DNA of 64,000 nucleotides from Eimeria praecox (taxonomy: Eukaryota), in contig OY986947.1 of the NCBI GenBank assembly GCA_963920595.1, positions 1,922,001-1,986,000 on the forward strand, read 5' to 3'. The first letter of the stretch is position 1. Each line of letters begins with the position of its first letter. Below are positions 1 through 13,592 of the stretch, in pieces. A program made the translations under genes and the position numbers. The notes below the pieces were generated by a model. It was not told where the DNA came from, did not search any database, and was given only the letters and a program-made list of their open reading frames with translations.

Positions 1-24
1 AATAAATAAATAAATAGATCTATC

Positions 25-85
<61 letters not shown>

Positions 86-184
86 TACAAACACGAAAAC
101 ACAAGACAAACACTCTACTGCTGCTGCAGTTGTTGCTGCTAATGCTGCTGCCTCTGCTGACGTTTTTGGTGGTGGTGGTGGTGG

Positions 185-216
<32 letters not shown>

Positions 217-363
217 CTGCTGTTGTTGCTGCTGTTGCTGCTGTTAATATTGTTGCTGTTGTTAGTGTTGCAGCAGCAGCAGCAGCAGCAGCGGCAGACA
301 TTACACGTTTCCTGCCACTTTCTGCTGCTGCTGCAACAGCAGCAGCAGCAGCAGCAACAGAAA

Positions 364-395
<32 letters not shown>

Positions 396-473
396 GCAGC
401 AGGCCGTATGGCTTTGCTGTTGTTGGGGGGGGGGGTGTGTTTGAGGTGTACGTACACCCCGTTAAGACCTTAC

Positions 474-611
474 CTGGAGCTTTCGTATACAACTATTACA
501 AGAACGTATAATTACGATTAAAATAATAAAATAAAGAAGAAGATGAATAGGCAAACATTCCACAGGGTCTACTTGGTTGACGCTGCTCAGTACGTACACC
601 GCGCTCACCTG

Positions 612-649
<38 letters not shown>

Positions 650-743
650 GCAGAAGCAGCAGCAGGAACAGGAAGAGGAAAAGCAAATCAGCGAGAGCGG
701 CAGCACTTCTGCTGTTCTACTGCTGCAGCCACCAAAGCTGTTG

Positions 744-775
<32 letters not shown>

Positions 776-810
776 ACTTCGACAGTACCAGCAGCAACAA
801 CAACAACAAT

Positions 811-848
<38 letters not shown>

Positions 849-1064
849 GCGCAGGACAAGGAAAGTCGAAGAAACAAAAGAAATAGGAGAGACAAAGAGA
901 AGAGACAGGGGGAGAGGCAGACGTGAAAGGAGACAGTAGGCGTCCCTCGAAGGAGACAGAAAGGAGACAGCAATAAAGACAGAGAGACAGAGAGACAGAG
1001 ACACAGAGAGAGACAGAGAGACAGAGAGAGACAGAGACAGAGAGGGAGAGGGAAAGAGAGACAG

Positions 1065-1118
<54 letters not shown>

Positions 1119-2017
1119 GGAGAGACAGCTACTAACGAGAAGAATCAGAATCAAGACAAGGAGACAGATAAAAGACAGACAGAACAGAGACAGACAGAAA
1201 GGAGACAGACAGAATAGAGACAGACAGAAAGAAGAGAGACAGGAGACAGGAGACAGACAGAAAGGAGACAGAGACAGAAAACATACAAAGATGAGAGAGA
1301 GAAGATAGAAAAGAGACAGAGAAGAGACAGAGAAGAGACAGAGGAGAGACAGAGAAGAGACAGAGAAGAGACAGAGAAGAGACAGAGAAGAGACAGAGAA
1401 GAGACAGAGAAGAGACAGAGAAGAGACAGAGAAGAGACAGAGAAGAGACAGAGAAGAGACAGAGAAGAGACAGAGAAGAGACAGCAACTAAAGACAAGAG
1501 CAACAAACAGAAGGAGACAGAAATGAGGAGACAGAGAGAAAACAAAGAGGAGACAGCAAGGAGACTGAGAGGAGACAGTGGGGGAGACACATACAGAGAC
1601 AGCAAATAAGGAGAGAAGGAGACAGACAGAAAGGAGACAGACAGAAAGGAGACAGACAAGAGACAAGAGACAGGAGACAGACAGAAGACAGAGAGACAGG
1701 TGACAGAGAGACAGGAGACAGAGAGAAAGGAGACAGGGAGACAGGAGACAGGGGGACAGCAGACACAGAGACAGGAGACAGAGACAGACACGCATTTATT
1801 ATAACTAGTTATACAGGAGACAGAGGGACACGAGAGAGAGAGAAAGGAGACAGAGAGACAGGAGACAGGGAGGAAGGAGACAGAGAGAAAGGAGACAGAT
1901 ATACAGGAGACATATATACAGGAGACAGAGAGACAGGAGACATATATACAGGAGACAGGGAGACAGGAGGCAGCGAGGAAGGAGACACATATAGAGGAGA
2001 GATGAATATACATATAC

Positions 2018-2067
<50 letters not shown>

Positions 2068-2471
2068 CCTCACAATGAGAGTAATAATGAGGCATTCTCT
2101 GTTTGTGATTGTTTCTCGTGTGATTCTAAATCCTTTGCTGATAAGAAGGAGACAGACAGAGGAGACAGTTTGAAATAGAGTCTGTGCAGTGAATAAAGCT
2201 AGTAATATATAATCATAACCTAATAAACCCCATGTAGGGCAGTGTAGGACAAAGACAGCCTGAGCAAGAGCAGCAACAGCCTTGAAGACAGGAGGCAGCA
2301 GCAGCAAACGCTGTATGATAGTTGTTTCTCTTGTTTGTAATATATATATTATATACATCCATATAGGAAGAGACAGAAGAGATACAATGAGGAGAGGTTG
2401 TTGTATACTACAATCCGCTGCTTCAGAAGGAAGAGAATCGATCAACACATACAATGGATCAAATGCTGTTG

Positions 2472-2510
<39 letters not shown>

Positions 2511-2545
2511 TTGTTGCTGTTGATGATGATGATGTAGCCCTTGGT

Positions 2546-2588
<43 letters not shown>

Positions 2589-2895
2589 GTTTAACTTGCT
2601 GCAGCAGCATTGAATCTGGAAGAGACAGAACAGGCATATGAGGCTTAGGAGAGAATATGTCTCCTAGTAAGGGGACAGAATAATTATAAAATGTTGTATC
2701 TGTCAGAAGGAGAGCAGCAACACCAACATTATTTGCTGCTTTTATTAATTGGAGTAATTCCTTCTCCTCACATCTATCAAACAACCAAACTCTTTTATGT
2801 GTTGATTGTAATCTTAGACTCAAACCCCGAAGAGAGGCTCGAGGATAACCCCACTTCACACCTCCTCCTCCTGCTGCTGCTGCTGCTGCTGCTGT

Positions 2896-2927
<32 letters not shown>

Positions 2928-3056
2928 TTGTTGTTGTTGCTGTGGTTGTTGTTGTTGTTGCTGCTGCTGCTGCTGTTGTTGTTGTTGCTGCTGCTGTTCG
3001 ATGCTCGTCTTCCTGCTGCGGTTGAGGTTGAGGCTCCTGCTGCTGCTGCTGCTGCT

Positions 3057-3090
<34 letters not shown>

Positions 3091-3302
3091 GTGGTGTTCT
3101 GTGATAGCAGCAGCATATAATGAGAAAGGTGTATATGGAGTAATAGCTCTAGAGACAGAAGAGAAGAGATTAAGAATGTGAGAAGAAGCAACAGGAAGAA
3201 GAATATTTAGATTGTCTCTTCTTAATGCTCTCGTTCTTTGTATACACCAACGCCAGGTATACACCAACGCCAGCTGTCTCCTTTAGTTGTGGGGTTTGCT
3301 GC

Positions 3303-3333
<31 letters not shown>

Positions 3334-3836
3334 ACTACTGCTGATACAGGATCAAATGCATCTTCGCCTTCGCTCCTCCCTCCACCACCACCACCACCAC
3401 CAGCAGCAGCAGCAGCAGGAACAGCAGCAGCAGCAGCAGCAGGAGGAGGAGGAGGAGGAGGAGGAGTAGATGTGTGTTCTCCCGAGAACAGTTTATACGC
3501 AGCTTCTCTAATGGCTTCAAAAGGAGACAGTTGCTTCATTCTTGAACGTAAATCTAAATAAGAAAAGCTTAATAATGTGGGGTTTGTCTCTACACTACAA
3601 TCTGCGCCTTTGTATATTAATTCCCCTATAACTTGTTTTATAGGAGGAGACCATGGCGCAGACACCGCATCAAAGGAGATAGATAAATTAAACAAAGGAA
3701 GACCTCGAGGAGACACAAATATAACCCTGCTAGACACAAACTCCGTCTCATGCAGCAATAACAGCAGCAGCAGCAGCGGCAGCAGCAGCAACAAATTGGA
3801 GGAGAGGAACAATCTAATTGAAGAGACACGCCGCAT
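474..3836 (-). CDS. Multi-exon membrane protein: signal peptide, PA-like lumenal segment, multi-TM region resembling GOST/GPR180-TMEM145-type 7TM proteins; frameshifted as assembled; continues off the left edge
   Basis: Probable ATG at 3836 ([28 protein letters not shown], hydrophobic leader). ORFs 3222-4007 and 1132-3267 join if one copy of a 17-nt duplication (3240-3273) is removed. PA-like 'RVWLFDRCEEKELLQLIKAANNVGVAALLLTD'; TM helices with 'CLLLISKGFRITR'. Donor GTGAG after 2074; phase-0 exon 608-474 (VSAVYVLSS...IRKLQ) flanked by CAG and GTAAG. Family call is from motif recall, not a search. Confidence 0.6.
955..2066. repeat. Intronic GAGAC-rich low-complexity region with (GA)n, an 11-nt minisatellite (AGAGACAGAGA)n at ~1313-1484, and (TA)n
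   Basis: Directly visible; the 11-aa periodicity (LLCLFSVSSLS) in the ORF track reflects the 11-nt unit. Lies inside intron 609-2073. Confidence 0.9.
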
Positions 3837-3890
3837 TCTTAAACAACATATATTAGATACAGCAGCAGCACATGCTGTTGTTGCTGCTGC

Positions 3891-3921
<31 letters not shown>

Positions 3922-4068
3922 CTTGTTGCTGCTGCTGCTGCAGCAGCAGCAGCAGCAGGTGTTGCTGCTGCTGCTGCTGCTGCTGCTGGTGATGTGCTTG
4001 ATGTCATTACACACGAAGGAACAGAAACCCGCTGCAGCAGACCCCATGGGCAGAGCTGCTGCTGCTAG

Positions 4069-4102
<34 letters not shown>

Positions 4103-4334
4103 TCTGAAGCGCCCTAGCTGTACACACCTCCGTTGAACTGCAGCAGCAGCAATTACAGCAGCAGCAGCAGCAGCAGCAAAAGAAGAAGCAAGGAACAGCA
4201 GCTAGCTACAAGATGAAGCTGAGAGGACTCGCAGTAGATATAATTAAGATTCAATGAAGAAGATGAAGAAGGAGAAGGTAAGGAAGAAGTTGTAGGATGT
4301 TTTCTGCTGCTGCTGCTGCTGCTGTTGCTGCTGC

Positions 4335-4534
4335 NNNNNNNNNNNNNNNNNNNNNNNNNNNNNNNNNNNNNNNNNNNNNNNNNNNNNNNNNNNNNNNNNN
4401 NNNNNNNNNNNNNNNNNNNNNNNNNNNNNNNNNNNNNNNNNNNNNNNNNNNNNNNNNNNNNNNNNNNNNNNNNNNNNNNNNNNNNNNNNNNNNNNNNNNN
4501 NNNNNNNNNNNNNNNNNNNNNNNNNNNNNNNNNN
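4335..4534. other. Assembly gap (200 N)
   Basis: Run of n flanked by CTG repeats. Confidence 0.99.
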
Positions 4535-4921
4535 TGCTGTTGCTGCTGCAGTTGGTGTTGCTGCTGCTGCAGCAAGCTGTTAGGGTTTATATGTTGAAAT
4601 AAGAAGAGAAAGTGAGATTAAATAATAAATAATATAAAATAAAACAGAAAAGAATAATAAAAATATAAATAAATATAACATACAAAGCCAATCGCCGTAC
4701 TTCTTATGGCAGTCAACAAAGTAAGAAGGCCGGCAGCAGCAGCAAGAGAAGGGGTTTATATGTACTGTCTATTATTGTTTATTTTATTTTATTATTTTAT
4801 TTTATAAATTAAAACAAAATAAAACATACAATATAAATATAATATCTATAATGCCCCTAATTATCTCCCCCCGTCATAACATCGAGACTACTCTCCCTCC
4901 TACACAGGCCGGCTAGACAAC

Positions 4922-4963
4922 ACCCTAAACCCTAAACCCTAAACCCTAAACCCTAAACCCTAA
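4922..4963 (+). repeat. Interstitial telomere-like repeat (AAACCCT)n
   Basis: About 6 copies of the plant/apicomplexan-type TTTAGGG unit, C-rich strand on +. Confidence 0.95.
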
Positions 4964-5088
4964 TATATTTTTTAATATATCAAATTTAAACAAAGGTAGT
5001 AGTGAGGATTAGAAGGGATGGATGCAGCATATAAAGGAGAGGCTCTGTATATATATATACATATATATCTAGTTGTAGTCTCGAGTTC

Positions 5089-5150
<62 letters not shown>

Positions 5151-5289
5151 TGCTGCTGTTGCTGCTGTTGTTGCTGCTGTTGTTTTGTTTTTATTTGAAT
5201 TTGCATGCGCCAATTTGTTCCTTTACTGTCTCTCTCTCTCTGCGGTGTCTGTACACCCGAGCCCTAACTTACGTCTCGATAACCCAGAC

Positions 5290-5472
5290 AGCTGCCTGTA
5301 CACTCGAAGCTGCCTATACACCTGAAGACGCCTCTATACCCAAAGGTGCCTATACACCCGAAGGTGCCTCTATACACCTTAAGTTGCCAGTACATCCAAA
5401 GGTGCCTATACACCCGAAGGTGCCCATACACCCGAAGATGCCTATACACCCGAAGGTGCCTATACACCCGAT
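5290..5472. repeat. 18-nt minisatellite, consensus GTGCCTATACACCCGAAG
   Basis: About 9-10 degenerate copies; 6-aa periodicity (PIHPKV) in the ORF track. Confidence 0.85.
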
Positions 5473-6623
5473 GGCTGTTTATCTGGAGGTTGTATATAAC
5501 CAGCCACCCTGATCTACATATTTGTAGCTGAAGGCCAACTAACTCCTACTATTACAACTAACATCTACTCGCCCCTAAAACAGCAGCAGCAACAGTGGCA
5601 GCAGCAGCAGCAGGAGCAGCAGCAGCTGCTGCTGCTCATCCTGCTAGCTGCAGCAACTGCTGCTGCCTCTACTTGTATCCCTATCTCTCTAATCGCAGCA
5701 ACAAATAAAAAAAACAACAGAGAGCAAACGCTTCGTACTTAGCAGCAAACAGCCCTTCCTCCCTGGTTGTGCTGCAGCAGCAGCAGCTGCTGCTGCAGCT
5801 GCTGCTGCAGCTGCTGCAGCAAAACAAGCAGCAGGCGTCTCTCAAAGAGCCCTTGCTGCTGCTGCTGCTGCTGCTCCTCTTGCTTCTGCTTCTGCTTCTG
5901 CTTCTGCTGCTGCAGCAGCAGCAGCAGCAGCGTAGCGGGCAGCTAGAACGAAGCTGAGAGCTCAGCAACATAAAAGGCACCAATGGAGACAAACGTAATA
6001 GGAGAGAGGAAGACAGTCACAACCACACACACAACCCCACACATCTGCAGCAGCTGCAGCAGCTGCAGCAGCTGCAGCAGCAGCTGCCGTTGCTGTTGCT
6101 GCTGTTGCTGCTGTTGCTGCTAATGTATCCTACTGCTGCAGCAACCAACAAGCGTGCTGCTGTCGTTCAAAGCTGCAGCGAGAACACAAGCAGTGGGAGG
6201 GGACAGATAAGCAGGAGCACGCAGCAGCAACATCTGCTGCTGCTGCTGCAGCAGCAGCAGCAGCTTCAACAGCAGCCGCAGCAAAGCCTGCACCGTAAAC
6301 TTCAGCAGCAGCAGCACTTGTGGGGTAGGGTTTGACTGTATTGATCCTAATCCTAAATCAACCTCATCGCCAGGCTGCCTGTGCTCCTACTCTTCTTGCT
6401 GTTGCTGCTGTTGCTACTGCTGCTGTTGCTGCTGTTGCTGCTGCTGCTGTTGCTGCTGCTGCTGTTGCTGCTGCTGCTGTTGCTGCTGCTGCTGTTGCTG
6501 CTGCTGCTGTTGCTGCTGCTGCTGTTGCTGCAGCCGTGATGAGTTGCTACTGCACGCTGCTTCTGCTTCTGCTGCTGCTGCTAAACAGAAATACGCCGCT
6601 GTAGTCCGGGTAGCGAGTGCTGC

Positions 6624-6662
<39 letters not shown>

Positions 6663-6859
6663 ATGCAGCTTATCTCTTAATGTACAATAGACAGATATGC
6701 AAGTAATTCTGAAGAGGCTGCTTCTACCTCTCCAGCAGCAGCAGCAGCAGCTGGGGCTGCTGTCTACGCAGCCGCAGTGCTGTAGGCCCTAGAACATGGG
6801 CTGCTGCTGCTGTTGCTGCTGCTGCTGTTGCTGCTGCTGCTGTTGCTGCTGCTGCGCTA

Positions 6860-6897
6860 CTACGGCTGAGCATCCTCAGCTGCGACCGGCTGCGGGG

Positions 6898-6932
<35 letters not shown>

Positions 6933-7015
6933 TGCTGTTGCTGCTGCGGGGGCAGAGGCACCTGCTGCTGTTGTGTAGGAGGTGCGTAGTAGCCCTGGCT
7001 TTCGTGTGGTGATGG

Positions 7016-7048
<33 letters not shown>

Positions 7049-7543
7049 ATGTTCTGGTTGAAACGGCTGCTGCTGCTGCTGTGATTGGTAGGGTTGCTGC
7101 TGCGCTTGGTATGAAGGCACAGGCTGCTGCTGCGGTGGGTACGGGGGCATTTGCTGCTGCTGCTGCTGCTGCTGCGGTTGGTAAGGGGGCTGTTGCTGCT
7201 GCTGCTGCGGCTGATATGCAGGCGGCTCCTGCTGCTGCTGCTGCGAGTGGTATGGGGGCTGCTGCTGCTGCTGCTGCTGCGGCTGGTAAGCAGGCGGTTG
7301 CTGCTGCTGCTGCGGTTGGTAGGGAGGCGGATCCTGCTGCTGCTGCTGCTGCGGCGGCGGCGGTTGGTAAGCAGGTGGTTGCTGCTGCTGCTGCTGCTGC
7401 TGCTGCCACTCGTTAGGAGGGTAGCCTTGCTGCTGTTCTTGTGTCTGTTTATTCTGCTGTTCCGGTGGAGGCGATGTCTGCTGCTTCTTCTGCTTCTTCT
7501 GCTGCGGCTGCTGCTGCTTTTGCTTCTGCTGCTTTTGTGGCTT

Positions 7544-7579
<36 letters not shown>

Positions 7580-7732
7580 GCTTGGTTTTTTAGGCTTGCT
7601 TGGAGACGCAGCACTCGCGGGGCTCTGTGCTGTCTGTTTCTTTGTTTGTTTTTGCTGTTGCTGCTTCTGCTGCTGCTGCTGCTTCGGTTTTTTCTCTTGC
7701 TTTTGCTGCTGCTGTTGCTGCTCTTGCTGTTG

Positions 7733-7768
<36 letters not shown>

Positions 7769-8246
7769 CTCTTCCTTGCTGCTCTCTTTAAAACCCTCGA
7801 AATGTATATCTTCATCTCGCGCATCATCTCCTCGCGGAGGCAAAGAATAAAAATATTCTTCTTCTATTCCTTCTCTCTTTTGTTTTGTTTTGTGGGCTTC
7901 GCTATCGCCTCTCTCTGCTGCTGCTGCCGCTGCTGCTGCTGCTGCTGCTGCTGTGTCTTCTGTTGTGTCTATTGAGCTGAAGCCTGCTGTTAGATCTGTC
8001 TCCTCGCTGTCGTCTCCCTCATCTTGATATTCTTCATCTTCTTCATCTGAGTCTGCCATCGCAAGTATATCTTCTAGATGCTCGAAGCGGTGTTGCTGCT
8101 GCTGCTGCTGCTGCTGCTTTTGGTGAGGACTGTGGCGATGATGATGGTGGTGCTGCAGCTGTTCTATCAACTCATTTAACATAGAGAGAACGCCGGCATC
8201 CCCAGAAGCATTTGCTAGGCTGCCTGCTGTGATTTGTAGCCCTCCA

Positions 8247-8281
<35 letters not shown>

Positions 8282-8635
8282 TTCCTGCTGCAGCAGCAAC
8301 GATGCTGCAGGACTGTCTCCTGTTGTCTTCCACATCTGCTGTTCCTCTAATACCTCCCCATCATCTCCTACTGTAGTTGAACGTATAACAACAACCCCGC
8401 GTCCTAACATTGATGAAGGCAGCCTCAAACCCCCTAAGCTACCTCCCAAGCTCATCAACATACCTCCTCCCATACCCCCCATACCCCCTAGAAGCAAATC
8501 AGAGAAGAGAGAATCGGACAGACTCTCTGCTGCTGCTGCTGCTGCTGCTGCTGCCTTCTTCAAACGCAACTCGCGAGACACCCAAGGCTCCACTAGCCGC
8601 ACCTTCCACAGACGGCCCAACGTCGGCTTACCCCT

Positions 8636-8678
<43 letters not shown>

Positions 8679-10847
8679 GAGCGCGTTGACAGCAGCGAGA
8701 AAGGAGACAGAAGAAGAAGAAGAAGCAGAAGGAGCAGTAAAGCCTAAGAGGGAGACAGATATCTTTGAAGGAGACACATTTTCTTACCTCTTCCCAAGTT
8801 CATGAAGTGTAGCTTCAAATGCGATTTTGTCTCCAGGATTTAATTTTGCAATATCTGAGGCGAGGTGAGAATCGAACGCGAGCGCAAGATCCGCTCCGTC
8901 TCCTTTCATACCTTCTTCTTCTTTTTCTAACATTTCTACTTCCGCTAGAAGATCATGAGGCCCATTAGTTGCTGCAGCAGCAGCAGCTGAAGATGCAGGG
9001 TCACTTCCATCCCCCGTGATGGGTGTTTGTACCTTACGAGTTGTAGGAGCTGTTAAAGTAGGATTCATAGCTAATAATAAAAAAGAAGGAGATGCAGCAA
9101 AAAGACCTTCTCGTACTTGTTTTACTAAACCCTCCCAAGCAACTGTCTTATAAGCAAACTCGTCTCGAAAATTATAACTAGATTGAAGAGGGCTCCCTAG
9201 TTGAGATCGTTGGCCGCATTTAGAGACAAAATCTAACCAAGATAAAGATGTAAACTCCCCTATAATTAACACCAAACAAATATACATATTATTATTCAAC
9301 ATATTAATTTAATTTAATTTAATTTAATTTAATTTAATTTAATTTAATTTAATTTAATTTAATTTAATTTAATTTAATTTAATTAGGTGATTAATTAATT
9401 GTAAGAAATGGACAATTAATTAATTAATTAATTTGTTAATTAATTAATTAATTAATTAATTAATTAATTATTAATTGAATAGGCAAGGCAACAAATAACA
9501 AATAAACAAGTGTAGATATATAGGTAGCAGATAAGGGAATAGATAATTAAGGGAAGGAGAGACAAATAAATAATAAATAAATAAATAAATAAACAACAAT
9601 AATATAAACGAATAAGAAAGCGAGATAAGTAAATAAGAAATAAATAAATAAATAAATAACAAAAATATAAATAAATAGCAAATAAACAAACAACAAATAA
9701 ACAAATAATAGAAAACAAAGAAACAAACAGCAAGCAACAAATAAACAAACACCTCAAATATAAAATATAAAAACAGTCAAAAGATATAATAAAACAAATA
9801 TAAATAAATACAGAAGAAGGAAGAGACATCACCGCCCCTACAAATAAATAAATATATAAAAGAGAGACAATTAAACAAGCAAACAAATAAACAAAGACTA
9901 ACAGAGACAAATAAACAAAGACACAAACAGAGATAATCAAACAAACAAACATAAACAAACACATCAAACAAAGGAGACGCCGCGCTTTCTACAATAAATA
10001 AACAAACAAACAAACAGATAAACATATGCAACAGAGACAAATATACAGAGAGAGACAGTGAAGATTACAAAACAGATAAAGGAGACAGGAGACAGTCAGA
10101 TATAAAGGAGACAGTAGACTATAGAATAAAATACGGAGGAGACAGTAGAATATAAACAAATAAGAGACAGGAGACAGTCAGATAAACAGGAGACAGTAGA
10201 CTATAGAATAAAATACGGAGGAGACCGTAGAATATAAATAAATAAGAGACAGGAGACAGTCAGATATAAAGGAGACAGTAGACTATAGAATAATATACGG
10301 AGGAGACAGTAGAATATAAATAAATAAGAGACAGGAGACAGTCAGATATAAAGGAGACAGTAGACAATAGAATACAAAGGAGACAGTAGAATATAAATAA
10401 ATAAGAGACAGGAGACAGTCAGATAAACAGGAGACAGTAGACTATAGAATAAAATACGGAGGAGACAGTAGAATATAGATAAATAAGAGACAGGAGACAG
10501 TCAGATATAAAGGAGACAGTATACAATAGAATACAAAGGAGACAGTAGAATGTGTATAGGTAGGATACATCTACCTTTAGCTAGTTGTTGTAGAGAGCTA
10601 TCAAATAACCCTCCTCTAAATAAATGACAGAGAATAAAAACAAGAGACAGTCCCAAGAAACAAAACAAATAAAGCTTTGTTAGTACTACAGCACAACTAC
10701 CACAACGTAAGGTTAGGACTCTGTCTCCTCCCTTAAAGGGACAGCAGGAGACACGCGATCGTCTGTATAATAAATTACGACAGTGAGGACACTCGTGGAC
10801 GGCATCCTGAAAAAAACAAACAAACAAACACACACTAACAGACCCTG

Positions 10848-10882
<35 letters not shown>

Positions 10883-11016
10883 ACAGCAGCAGCAGCAACA
10901 GCAGCAGAATCAGCAGCAGAAGGAACAGCACCGCAAGGAAAAGGAATAGCAACAATAACAGCACAAACAGATACAGCAGAGACAGAATCAGCAGCAACCG
11001 CAGCAGCAGCAGCAGG

Positions 11017-11048
<32 letters not shown>

Positions 11049-11564
11049 CAAAACCAGCAACAAGAACAGCAGCAGCAGAATCAGCAGCAACCCCGCATAG
11101 CATCCTCATCCTCCTCAGCAACAACAGCAGCAGCAGCCTCATCAACCTCCCCCTCCTCAACAGCAGCAGCAGCAGCAGTAACACCAACACCAACAGCAGC
11201 AGCAGCAACAGCAGCATCAGCAACACCAACAGCAGCAGCAACAGCAGCAACAGCAGCAGCAACAGCAGCAGGATGTGTCTGTCAGTGTAGCTAATAACGT
11301 AAAGGATATAATCAATATATAAATTATTATTATAATATAAATAAATTAAAATATATTTTACTCGTAAAGCAATCCAAAGGAATGGGCCCAACAGAATCCC
11401 CATCCATCCAAGAAATAGAAAAGAAGCAAGACATGAAGATATACCGCAGCAAGATCGCTTAAAACGAACAGTAGTTGTTATGCTGCGACTACAATGGGGA
11501 CAAATTGTTTGTGTTGGAGACTCCCCATATGTCTCCTCTTCTTCTGTATCGGCTGCCACACGAG

Positions 11565-11596
<32 letters not shown>

Positions 11597-11679
11597 GAAG
11601 AAGAAGAAGAAGAAGAAGATATACCACAGTCAGCCCCTACACGCCCCATTGGGGTCACTACTGGGCTTGTAGGCTTCAT
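6860..11679 (-). CDS. LITAF-like zinc-ribbon membrane protein, 4 exons (~931 aa)
   Basis: Exons 11679-11362, 10806-10575, 9259-8788, 8633-6860, all GT-AG with compatible phases (2796 nt). LITAF signature split by intron 1: 'ESPTQTICPHCSRSITTTV...[hydrophobic]...DAVHECPHCRNLL'. Then a TM segment, a globular region (KTVAWEGLVKQV...LNPGDKIAFEATL) and a Q/P/Y-rich tail. Confidence 0.85.
9303..9480. repeat. (AATTT)n / (AATT)n intronic microsatellite
   Basis: Directly visible near the 3' end of intron 2 of the LITAF-like gene. Confidence 0.9.
10080..10550. repeat. ~81-nt intronic tandem repeat, ~6 copies, built from GGAGACAGT sub-repeats
   Basis: Unit gagacaggagacagtcagatataaaggagacagtagactatagaataaaatacggaggagacagtagaatataaataaataa recurs about every 80-82 nt. 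Confidence 0.85.
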
Positions 11680-11699
11680 AGGCAATAAAATATATAAAT

Positions 11700-11748
<49 letters not shown>

Positions 11749-11760
11749 AAACGGAGGTAC

Positions 11761-11795
<35 letters not shown>

Positions 11796-11906
11796 TTGTT
11801 GCTGCTGGTGCTGGTGCTGCTGCTGTTGCTGATGCTGCTGATGATGATGGTGATGGTGATGTTGGTGATGATGTTGGTGATGATGAGGGGGATGTTGCTG
11901 CTGACG

Positions 11907-11942
<36 letters not shown>

Positions 11943-12614
11943 AGGAGAAGGAGGCTGTTGTTGCTGCGGCTAGCAAGACAGACAGAGGAAGCAGCCAGAG
12001 ATAAGCAGCAGCACTTGTTTCTGTTGTTGCTGTTGTTCCTGCTGCTGCTGCTGCGGATGCGAGTCCCCCTGTTGTTTCTGCTGCTGCTGCTGTTGCTGTT
12101 GCTGCTGCTGCTGCTGCTGCTGCTACGGCTGTTGATGTTTCTTCACGATGCAGCTGCCACTGCTGCTGCTGCTGCTGCTGCAGGAGGACAGAATAATCGA
12201 CAATAGGATAATAAGAATAAAAAAGAGAGAAAGAATAAAAAGATGAAAGGCTCAAAGGTTTTATAGTATAGCAGCAACAAACCGCAGCAGACAGCTGTCT
12301 CGGCTGCTGCTGCTAGCAGTGTGTTTATATAGAGATACAGCCTCAAGTTTATTTCTCTTTCTAGCTGTATATACACCTGAGACAAATCAAAAAAACAACA
12401 AAAACAAAACAAAATAAAAACAACAATATAAATAAACAAAGCCACTTGCTGGATCGGAGCATGCAGAGCGAGGGGGCTTTGGTAGCTATCTATGTTATTA
12501 TATCTTTTTATATTTATTTTATTATTTTATTATTTATTGTATTTTATTTGTTTTTATTTAAAGAAATACTTCTTTAGTATTTTACGCCATAGAGACGCTC
12601 TCTCAGATCCCCTG

Positions 12615-12708
12615 TAAACCCTAAACCCTAAACCCTAAACCCTAAACCCTAAACCCTAAACCCTAAACCCTAAACCCTAAACCCTAACCCCTAAACCCTA
12701 AACCCTAA
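12615..12708 (+). repeat. Interstitial telomere-like repeat (AAACCCT)n
   Basis: About 13 copies with one variant unit. Confidence 0.95.
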
Positions 12709-13061
12709 GTAAGTGTTTAACTGTTTGTATTTGCGTTCGATCCCTTATGACGTAGCCTCCTACCTCTTCTTATAGTAAGCCTCCTTAAGAGTATATAGAT
12801 ATACACCAATAGGTTTAGTTTATATACAGAGATTTTATAAACAGCTACTAATAAAGAAGAAGCAGCGCATGCACTGCAGCAGCAGATCACAGGCTTGGCT
12901 GCCAGCCCCAAATCAGAGAAACAGAAGAAACAAAGATATCGTCCTGTTTGTTTAAGTATCTAAACCCTCTTGCATGCGTCCTTGCATGCGTTTGAAAGCC
13001 CCATATATCTTTATCAAATCCTTAAGAAGGTGGATGCCTTCCCCCCAACCCCCCCCCCCCT

Positions 13062-13099
<38 letters not shown>

Positions 13100-13561
13100 T
13101 TGCTGCAGCTAGCACTTGTTTACCGTAGCAGCGGACTCTTATATTGCTGTTTTCAACTGTCTCCTGTCTCTAGATATGTTGGGGTCAGCAGCACAACGTT
13201 GGCTGTAGCTGCTAATAATACAAAGAGGAGACACTAGAGACAGAGTCTCTCATCTGCTGCTGCTGCTGCTAAAGCAGCAGCAGCAGCAGCAGCAGCAGGA
13301 GCAGCAGCAGCAACTGTAGCAGCCGCCCTTGGCTGCATGCAAGGGCTGACGCCGACGCCACACATACTAAGCTGTTTCTTCTCGAGCGTCGAAGACAGCC
13401 CCGCTGCATGCATTGAGGAGCCTCTCAGTGTTGCTGCAGCAGCAGCTTGGTGTTGCTGCTGCTGCCGCAGCAGCAACACCAAGCTGCTGAAGGAGGTGCT
13501 GCTATAGGGTTAACCTTAATTGAATCGAAAGATAAAACTCAGCTGCTGCTGTTGCTGCTGC

Positions 13562-13592
<31 letters not shown>

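Noticed and set aside
12615..12708. True chromosome end
   Set aside because: The tract is short, internal and flanked by genes; interstitial heptamer repeats are common in this genome type.
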